Positions 57,594 to 64,000 of a DNA stretch of 64,000 nt are shown piece after piece. The DNA is from Candidatus Nomurabacteria bacterium. GTDB lineage: Bacteria; Patescibacteriota; Minisyncoccia; Phycocordibacterales; UBA2100. The stretch lies in NCBI GenBank assembly GCA_943356775.1, contig CALRFU010000004.1, positions 8,546-72,545 of the forward strand. The letters run 5' to 3'. Every line of letters starts with the position of its first letter. The stretch's first letter is position 1. Under the pieces are notes generated by a model. It was given only the letters and a program-made list of their open reading frames with translations, had not been told where the DNA came from and ran no database searches. The translations under genes were made by a program, and so were the position numbers.

Positions 57594-59973
57594 AAAACCT
57601 TTGCGGCTTGTTTTGCTTGATTCGCACGCCATTTTGCATCGCGCGTATCACGCGATACCGGATTTTTCTACGTCGAAGGGCGAGCCGACGGGCGCGCTCT
57701 ACGGGCTCACGACCATGCTCTTGAAGACGATCGACGAATTGAGTCCCGATTATATTGTCGCTGCGCGCGATCTCCCCGGAGGGACCTTTCGCCATACATT
57801 ATTTGAAGAGTACAAAGGCACACGCGCGGAGGCGGACCCTGCGCTCATCGAACAACTCAAAAAAGCGCCGGAGATTTTCGAGGCGTTCGGCATTCCCGTC
57901 TATTCTGCACCCGGATTCGAAGCAGACGACGTGATCGGGACGATCGTACATACGCTCAAGAAAAATAAAGATATCAATATTGTAATCGCGACCGGGGACC
58001 TCGATACGCTACAGCTTGTCGACGGAAAAAAGGTGCAAGTGTTCACCCTGCGGCAGGGGATTACGGACACGATTATCTACGACGAAGACCGCGTGCGCGA
58101 GCGGTACGGATTTGGTCCCGAGCTTGTGCCTGATTACAAAGGGTTGCGCGGCGACCCGTCGGACAACATCAAGGGTATCAAGGGTATTGGAGAAAAAACC
58201 GCCGAAGCTTTAATTACAAATTTCGGATCCATCGAGAATATATACACGATTTTGAAAGAAGATTCTGCCGCGTTTGAAAAAGCGGGAATCAAGAAGCGAA
58301 TCGTCGAATTGCTTATCGCGGGAGAAAAAGATGCGCGATTTTCAAAACAGCTTGCGACCATCAATCCCGAAGCGCCGATAGATTTTAAATTGCCAGAAAA
58401 AACGTTGGATATACTCGAGCACATCGCTGCAATTGAGGCGATGTGCGACACGTATGAATTTCGCTCCGTCAAAGAGCGGTTGCGTTCCCGGTTGAAAAAT
58501 CTATCTGCAACAGGTGTGGTCGCTGAGCCAGACGAGGCGGCGGAAGATGTCGATTCGATTGCTTTGAAAGAAGTTGCGACCATGCTCTGGCTCCTGCATT
58601 CCGACATGACGAATCCGACCCTGCAACAGATACTGGATTACGCGCAGACAAAGAAATTTGCCGAGGCGCACACAATGATTGAAAAAGAATTGCGTGAGAC
58701 GGGGCGATTGTGGGAGGTGTATGAAAACATAGAGAAGCCGCTTATTCCCGTAGTTCTACGCATGAATGCGGCGGGAGTCTATGTCGACAAGTCGCGTCTC
58801 AAAGCGCTGGCCGACGAATACAACAAAGAGCTGGGGATTCTTGCGGGAAAGATATATGCGCACGCCGGCCACGAATTCAATATTAATTCTCCGAAACAGC
58901 TGGGGGTGATCCTCTACGACGAGCTCAAAATAAATCCCGTGAAGCAAAAGAAAACCGCGGGCGGAGCCCGGACGACGCGCGAAGAAGAGCTCATAAAATT
59001 AGCCCCGCTGCACCCCATCATCGACGACATTCTCGGCTACCGGGAACTGCAAAAACTTCTCTCAACGTATATCGAGAAAATGCCGGCGCTCATCGGAAGT
59101 GACAACCGCCTTCATGCAGAATTCTTGCAGACGGGTACGACCACGGGCCGCATGGGGTGCCAGAATCCGAATCTCCAAAACATTCCGATAAAATCAGAAT
59201 ACGGGCGCCGCATACGCACCGCATTTGCGGCACCGGAAGGGCGAGTGCTCGTCGCGCTCGATTATTCGCAGATAGAGCTTCGCATCGCTGCGGGGCTCTC
59301 GGGAGATGAGAAATTAGTGCGGATATTTCAGGACGGCGGCGACGTGCACGCGGCTGTCGCGGCGCAGGTTTTCAATGTGCCGCCCGAATTGGTGGACCAT
59401 GAGATGCGCCGCCGCGCCAAAGTGATTAATTTCGGCATTCTCTACGGCATGGGGGTCAACGCACTGCGCGCGAATCTCGGTGCTTCAGTTACACACGAAG
59501 AGGCCGCGGCGTTCCTCTCGGAATATTTCAAGAATTTCTCCGGTCTCGCGCGGTATATCGAGCACACAAAAGCTGAAGCGTCCCGGAACGGATACACCGA
59601 AACACTTTTCGGACGTCGTCGTTATTTCGCCGGATTTAAATCTTCTATTCCAGGTCTGCGCGCGCAGGCAGAGCGTATGGCTGTGAACGCGCCAATGCAA
59701 GGGACCCAATCCGACATCATTAAGCTTGCGATGGTGGAAGCGGACGCGCTCATCGAAAAAAACGGTTGGCGCGACAGCGCGAAGCTCGTGCTCCAGGTCC
59801 ATGACGAACTCGTGTATGAGCTCGATGCAAAAATTGCCGGAGAGGCGACGCAGATGCTGCGGGGTGTTATGGAATCTGTTATCGATATCAAAGAGCTGAG
59901 CGGTGTCCCCATTTTGGTGGAAGCCGCGGTGGGAGAAGATTGGGGTACTCTCAAGAAAGTGTTGCGTGCATAA
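57559..59973 (+). CDS. polA: DNA polymerase I (5'-3' exonuclease + polymerase domains)
   Basis: The N-terminal FEN domain contains LLDSHAILHRAYHA. Pol motif A is DYSQIELR, motif B is RRRAKVINFGILYGM and motif C is VHDE. The start overlaps the tsaE end. Confidence 0.85.
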   Translation: MVKKKTEKTSSKKPLRLVLLDSHAILHRAYHAIPDFSTSKGEPTGALYGLTTMLLKTIDELSPDYIVAARDLPGGTFRHTLFEEYKGTRAEADPALIEQLKKAPEIFEAFGIPVYSAPGFEADDVIGTIVHTLKKNKDINIVIATGDLDTLQLVDGKKVQVFTLRQGITDTIIYDEDRVRERYGFGPELVPDYKGLRGDPSDNIKGIKGIGEKTAEALITNFGSIENIYTILKEDSAAFEKAGIKKRIVELLIAGEKDARFSKQLATINPEAPIDFKLPEKTLDILEHIAAIEAMCDTYEFRSVKERLRSRLKNLSATGVVAEPDEAAEDVDSIALKEVATMLWLLHSDMTNPTLQQILDYAQTKKFAEAHTMIEKELRETGRLWEVYENIEKPLIPVVLRMNAAGVYVDKSRLKALADEYNKELGILAGKIYAHAGHEFNINSPKQLGVILYDELKINPVKQKKTAGGARTTREEELIKLAPLHPIIDDILGYRELQKLLSTYIEKMPALIGSDNRLHAEFLQTGTTTGRMGCQNPNLQNIPIKSEYGRRIRTAFAAPEGRVLVALDYSQIELRIAAGLSGDEKLVRIFQDGGDVHAAVAAQVFNVPPELVDHEMRRRAKVINFGILYGMGVNALRANLGASVTHEEAAAFLSEYFKNFSGLARYIEHTKAEASRNGYTETLFGRRRYFAGFKSSIPGLRAQAERMAVNAPMQGTQSDIIKLAMVEADALIEKNGWRDSAKLVLQVHDELVYELDAKIAGEATQMLRGVMESVIDIKELSGVPILVEAAVGEDWGTLKKVLRA

Positions 59974-59975
59974 AT

Positions 59976-60611
59976 ATGTTGTATTTCTACACAGGAACAG
60001 ACAGAAAAAAAACCCGGTCGGCGCTCGATGCGGCGGTCAAAAAAGCGGCAAAAAAAGATTCACACATCGTACGTATTACAGATACGAATGTGCCGGCGGA
60101 TCTCGTTGCAGCACTCGGGGGCGGGGGAATGTTCAACGAATCCCGCGTGGTCGTGCTCAATGGGGTTCTTTCGAACGAAGAGATGAGGTCGGAATTGTTG
60201 GAATCCTTGAAGCGCATCCGAGATTCGGAAGAAATTTTCTTTATTCTCGAGGAGAAGCCGGATGCTGCGACACGCAAACAAATCGAGAAGTACGCTGAGA
60301 CGTCAGAGCGGTACGACAGTCCCGCCGCCAAAAAGGGTGCAGATATTTTTGCGATAGCCAATGCGCTTCGGCGTGCCGACAAGAAAGCGCTCTGGGTAAA
60401 TTACCAGCAGCAGCTTGCGGAAGATGCGGCGCCGGAAGCAATACATGGAGTTCTTTTTTGGGCTGCAAAAGATATGGCGCTCAAAGCGCGCACCGATGCG
60501 GAAAGAATGCGCGCACAACGGCTTCTGATAGAGCTTGCCGAGCTTCCGCATGAATCCCGTCGGCGGGGTTTTGAGCTCGAGTACGCGCTTGAATTGTTCG
60601 TTCTTCAGTAG
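59976..60611 (+). CDS. holA: Probable DNA polymerase III delta subunit (HolA-like), short form
   Basis: The N-terminus MLYFYTGTDRKK and its helical architecture resemble clamp-loader delta. The gene lies immediately downstream of polA. The assignment is tentative. Confidence 0.45.
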   Translation: MLYFYTGTDRKKTRSALDAAVKKAAKKDSHIVRITDTNVPADLVAALGGGGMFNESRVVVLNGVLSNEEMRSELLESLKRIRDSEEIFFILEEKPDAATRKQIEKYAETSERYDSPAAKKGADIFAIANALRRADKKALWVNYQQQLAEDAAPEAIHGVLFWAAKDMALKARTDAERMRAQRLLIELAELPHESRRRGFELEYALELFVLQ

Positions 60612-60626
60612 GTTATACTGTTTTGC

Positions 60627-61292
60627 ATGCAGGCGTTTATAGCTGCCTTCCTTGTACTCCTTTTTCCGTTTACATCGTTTGCAGCCCTCACAACGGGCCC
60701 CTTCGATTCCGTGTCGGTCCGCATCTTGGGCAACCTCGGCGTACCTCCCACTGATGCCATAAGCGCGAATTCTTCATTCCTCACCTCAATCGAGGCTCCA
60801 AAAGCGGTCGGGCTCAATGTCGTCGGCGCGACGGGTGGACTCACCCATCCCGCTTGTATCGCCGAGACTATCCGCCGCGCCAATATGAAACCTCCTCAGC
60901 CTCCTCCCGCGGGGGATTTTCCTTGCATCGTGCCTGCGGCGTCAGGTATCGTCGACGGTGTATGTTTTGTGAATGTATGCAAAGGAATTGCGTCGACGGG
61001 GCTCGATGGAATTATGGCGGCCCTTAAAAGTATTGGTTCTCTGGGCGGAATAGTGAGCGGGATATTGTCGAAGCTCCTACAGGGAGGCTCAAGTGCGCCG
61101 GACAGTCCGCCCCCGAGTGTCAGTGACTCCATCACAACCATCGTCACGCCGCCCGCGTCTCAGAGCATCTCGACCAATCTCGCACAACCCCTCGACACCG
61201 CCCTTTTGTTCAGGGAGTCAGCCGTCATTGTGAGCGACCTGCTCTTTTCCCTGAATCCTCCGGTAGTGCAGGGTGCTGGCAGTGCGAGGTAA
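60627..61292 (+). CDS. Secreted Cys-containing protein with a signal peptide, paralogous to the next gene
   Basis: The shared core is C.AE..RRA..KPP.PPP...F.C...G.C...CKG...GLD..M.AL...KL.QG...SPPPS. Confidence 0.45.
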   Translation: MQAFIAAFLVLLFPFTSFAALTTGPFDSVSVRILGNLGVPPTDAISANSSFLTSIEAPKAVGLNVVGATGGLTHPACIAETIRRANMKPPQPPPAGDFPCIVPAASGIVDGVCFVNVCKGIASTGLDGIMAALKSIGSLGGIVSGILSKLLQGGSSAPDSPPPSVSDSITTIVTPPASQSISTNLAQPLDTALLFRESAVIVSDLLFSLNPPVVQGAGSAR

Positions 61293-61313
61293 GCGGTGTG
61301 ATAGTATTTACAT

Positions 61314-62678
61314 ATGAATGTGCGTGATCAATTAGTTTTGAATCAGATGGTTCGGATGTGCATACTAGTGTTCAGCATTCTTTTTTTCTTGATGCCACAT
61401 GCGGTTAGTGCCGAGGGGGGGAATCTCGATGCGGTCGCGAATGCGATGTGCAAGGCGGAAGTAACACGCCGCGCTGCGCGGAAACCGCCCATACCTCCTC
61501 CTCCAGCCCCACCGTTTGCGTGTGAAGGACCTCATACAACGGGAACGTGCATGGGGGCAATCTGTAAGGGAACGGCTTTCAAGCCAGATGGTGGTCAGCC
61601 GGGAGGTGCGGCTGGTCTCGACCAAGTGATGAAAGCGCTCGGCGACCTCTTCGGCAAGCTCATGCAGGGCAAGCCGCCGGGCGGCTCTCCGCCGCCATCA
61701 ACACCGCCTACGACGGGAACGGGTGGTACAGGTTGTCAGGGGACGATTTTCCAAACCTCCGATATTTCACAAATTTCAAACCCGTGTGCGCGGTACACGC
61801 CACCAGTATCCACAGAGATTCCGACGGACCCGGGTTCATGTTCGACACTCAATGAGCTCCTCGGATTGTGTACGAATAATCCGGGCAACTGCCCGGCTGT
61901 CCCCGTGGTAGATTGCGCACCCGGGAACCGTCCGGTTTCGGGAGGCAAAGACGCCAACGGATGTGTCCTTAGGGATACCTGTGTACCGGATACCGCTGCC
62001 ACGACCACCGCTTCGACGACACCGAATACGGGAACACCTATTGTGTTCTCAACTACGACAGGGGTCTTCGTCGTTCCGCCAGGAGGCTTGCGGGGGGATA
62101 TCAACACACAGGTGACGGGGGCGACCGTCATTGGGGGTGCACGCGATACGCAGAGCAATGTCGAGGTCGCAGGTTTTTATGGTTCGGAAACGTTTAACGG
62201 GGGGTCGCAAGGTCTCGTTGGTTCGTGGTGCAAATCCCGTCCGTGGGCGACCAACTTCCTTTCGAAGATAATCACGCCGACGTTCTTCGACAATCTTTGC
62301 ACGTCGCGCGGCTTCCAAGTGGGCACTCCACCCCCAGCACCCGCAGTAGTCCTCCAGCAAACTCCTAAGCCAAAACTAAAACCGGTTGTTGCAACTACAA
62401 CAGCCGCCACAAGTACCACTTCCGGGGTCAAACCCAAGGTAGATATTTGGGCGGTTCCTGCGTCGGTCCCTCTCGGAGGCCGCACATCGGTCTTCTGGAA
62501 TACCCAAGGCGTCACGAACTGCACAGAGACATCTCCGAACGGCGGCTTCAGCCAAAATTCACTCTCCGGCGGCGCGGCAACACAGCCTATTACCGCTGCG
62601 ACAACATTTTCCATTTCATGCTTGGCCCCAGACGGTTCGCCGGTGACGAATTCCGTCACGGTGAATTTGAAAATATAA
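61314..62678 (+). CDS. Secreted Cys-rich protein with a paralogous N-terminal core and an additional Cys-rich, Thr-rich C-terminal domain
   Basis: The product has a signal peptide and the same core as 60627-61292, followed by a 300-aa extension carrying multiple Cys and a TTTAATSTTS linker. Confidence 0.45.
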   Translation: MNVRDQLVLNQMVRMCILVFSILFFLMPHAVSAEGGNLDAVANAMCKAEVTRRAARKPPIPPPPAPPFACEGPHTTGTCMGAICKGTAFKPDGGQPGGAAGLDQVMKALGDLFGKLMQGKPPGGSPPPSTPPTTGTGGTGCQGTIFQTSDISQISNPCARYTPPVSTEIPTDPGSCSTLNELLGLCTNNPGNCPAVPVVDCAPGNRPVSGGKDANGCVLRDTCVPDTAATTTASTTPNTGTPIVFSTTTGVFVVPPGGLRGDINTQVTGATVIGGARDTQSNVEVAGFYGSETFNGGSQGLVGSWCKSRPWATNFLSKIITPTFFDNLCTSRGFQVGTPPPAPAVVLQQTPKPKLKPVVATTTAATSTTSGVKPKVDIWAVPASVPLGGRTSVFWNTQGVTNCTETSPNGGFSQNSLSGGAATQPITAATTFSISCLAPDGSPVTNSVTVNLKI

Positions 62679-62681
62679 GCT

Positions 62682-63914
62682 GTGAACGCATTCGAGGAAG
62701 CGCAGGAGCAGCTCAAGCGCTCGCTCGCAATTTTCCCGGTAGGGAATCAACTCCGCACACGACTCACGCGCGCAGAGCGTGAAGTGACCGTTTCCATTCC
62801 GCTCACGATGGACAACGGCTCGACCAAGGTGTTCGAAGGGTATCGTGTTCAGTACTCGAATCTGCGGGGTCCGTACAAAGGAGGTATCCGTTTTCATCCC
62901 GATGCGGATATCAATGAGGTTACAGCCTTGGCGTTCTGGATGACATTTAAATGTGCCGTCACGAACATTCCGATGGGCGGTGGGAAAGGCGGAATCACCG
63001 TCAATCCGCGGGAACTTTCAAAAGGAGAGGTTGAACGCTTGTCCCGGGGGTGGGTGAGGGCATTGGCTCCGGTGCTTGGTCCTGAGCGTGATGTTCCGGC
63101 TCCCGACGTAAACACAACGCCGGAAATTATGACCTGGATGGCAGACGAGTATCAAAAGCTGACGGGAGACACACGCAACGCGACATTCACCGGAAAGCCA
63201 ATAGCGCAGGGCGGCTCTGAGGGCCGGGGGGTTGCGACGGGGATGGGCGGATTTTATGTATTCGAAGCGCTGCGCGATGTGCTGAAGTTGCCGAAAACCG
63301 TCTCTGTCGTTATACAAGGAATGGGAAATGTCGGAGGGAATGCTGCAAAGATTTTTCACGAGCATGGGCACACAATCCTCGCGATGTCCGATTCGAAAGG
63401 CGGCATATATTCCGCGGGCGGACTTGAGCCGGAGGCAGTAGAGAAATACAAAAAAGAAAACGGGAGCCTTGAAGGGTTTCCAGGCGCGGAGCACATAAGC
63501 AACGAGAAACTTCTGGAACTCTCATGTGATGTGCTCGTCCCTGCCGCACTCGAGAATCAGATAACGCAAAAGAATGCCCAGAGCATCAAGGCAAAAGTAG
63601 TGCTCGAATTGGCAAACGGTCCGACGTCTACGAAGGCGGATGATATTTTGTTTAGGAAGGGGATTGCGGTGGTTCCGGATATTCTCGCGAATGCCGGAGG
63701 GGTTGTCGTCTCGACGTACGAGTGGGAGCAAAACCTGAAGAACGAACATTGGAGCGAGAAGGATGTGCTCAACAAACTCCGCGAATTGCTCAACCGAGAA
63801 TCGAAGAATGTGTGGGAACTTAGTGTGAAGTTGAGTACTGACCTTCGTCGCGCGGCTTTCGCTCTCGCACTCGAGCGGCTTGAGGAATCTCTTGACGCGA
63901 AAATAGCGAAGTGA
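62682..63914 (+). CDS. gdhA: Glutamate dehydrogenase (Glu/Leu/Phe/Val dehydrogenase family)
   Basis: The product contains GPYKGGIRFHP, the catalytic Lys region MGGGKGG, and the NAD(P)-binding GMGNVGG. Confidence 0.85.
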   Translation: MNAFEEAQEQLKRSLAIFPVGNQLRTRLTRAEREVTVSIPLTMDNGSTKVFEGYRVQYSNLRGPYKGGIRFHPDADINEVTALAFWMTFKCAVTNIPMGGGKGGITVNPRELSKGEVERLSRGWVRALAPVLGPERDVPAPDVNTTPEIMTWMADEYQKLTGDTRNATFTGKPIAQGGSEGRGVATGMGGFYVFEALRDVLKLPKTVSVVIQGMGNVGGNAAKIFHEHGHTILAMSDSKGGIYSAGGLEPEAVEKYKKENGSLEGFPGAEHISNEKLLELSCDVLVPAALENQITQKNAQSIKAKVVLELANGPTSTKADDILFRKGIAVVPDILANAGGVVVSTYEWEQNLKNEHWSEKDVLNKLRELLNRESKNVWELSVKLSTDLRRAAFALALERLEESLDAKIAK

Positions 63915-64000
63915 TTCTTGTAAGGCCGGACAATGACAGCGCCATTATCGGAGGAAGGCTGTTTTAGTAGCGGTGTACGCCGTTGCTGCCGAGAGGTTTG

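Noticed and set aside
1-64000. CRISPR arrays, transposases, IS elements, prophage or integron signatures
   Set aside because: No regularly spaced direct repeats were found. No DDE or HUH transposase motifs were recognised, and no phage structural genes are present.

The only mobile-type elements seen are the intein and the LAGLIDADG-like ORF. The Xer recombinase is the housekeeping dimer-resolution type and has no flanking attachment repeats.

Overview
This 64 kb window reads as a gene-dense chromosomal segment, mostly 55-60% GC, with a few lower-GC islets. Its gene content fits a reduced-genome Patescibacteria/CPR-like bacterium, but that assignment is inference and nothing here proves the lineage. 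Supporting features are a short archaeal-type PurA, RNase Y, a YidC short form with Jag, a lone CheY-like receiver, PilB, a Gram-positive-style type IV secretion system, and many tight or overlapping gene junctions.

The window contains the chromosomal replication origin: rpmH-rnpA-yidC-jag on the minus strand, then dnaA-dnaN on the plus strand. The dnaA-dnaN intergenic region carries DnaA-box-like motifs and an AT-rich stretch.

Identifiable housekeeping genes are:
- RNA metabolism and translation: rny (5' partial), rpsO, pnp, cca, rsmA, tsaE.
- DNA replication, repair and recombination: hup, exonuclease III, a Xer recombinase, rarA, comM/yifB, ruvC, ruvB, polA, holA-like.
- Other metabolism and cell wall: purA, PBP1A, gdhA.

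Four tRNAs are encoded on the minus strand: Gly-TCC, Pro-TGG, Gly-GCC and Arg-TCG.

The most notable locus is a long co-directional plus-strand array (about 28.2-41.6 kb) immediately upstream of the origin. It encodes Gram-positive conjugation-like type IV secretion components in PrgH/PrgI/PrgJ order: a VirB6/TrbL-like polytopic protein, a VirB3/TcpE-like protein, and a VirB4 ATPase split into two ORFs. It also encodes a VirB2/TrbC-like two-helix pilin candidate, a large FN3-domain secreted protein and several signal-peptide or membrane-anchored unknowns. No relaxase or coupling protein is visible.

Other noteworthy items:
- A 368-aa intein sits in motif III of UvrD/PcrA.
- A LAGLIDADG-like ORF overlaps tRNA-Gly inside a low-GC islet.
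- Two candidate structured ncRNAs lie in intergenic regions.
- A perfect 25-bp inverted-repeat pair lies between rpmH and dnaA.
- There is a tandem pair of paralogous Cys-rich secreted proteins.
- Two twin-arginine-signal proteins occur with no tat genes in the window.
- An acyl-ACP desaturase sits beside a VIT-family transporter.

No CRISPR array, transposase or prophage genes were found.
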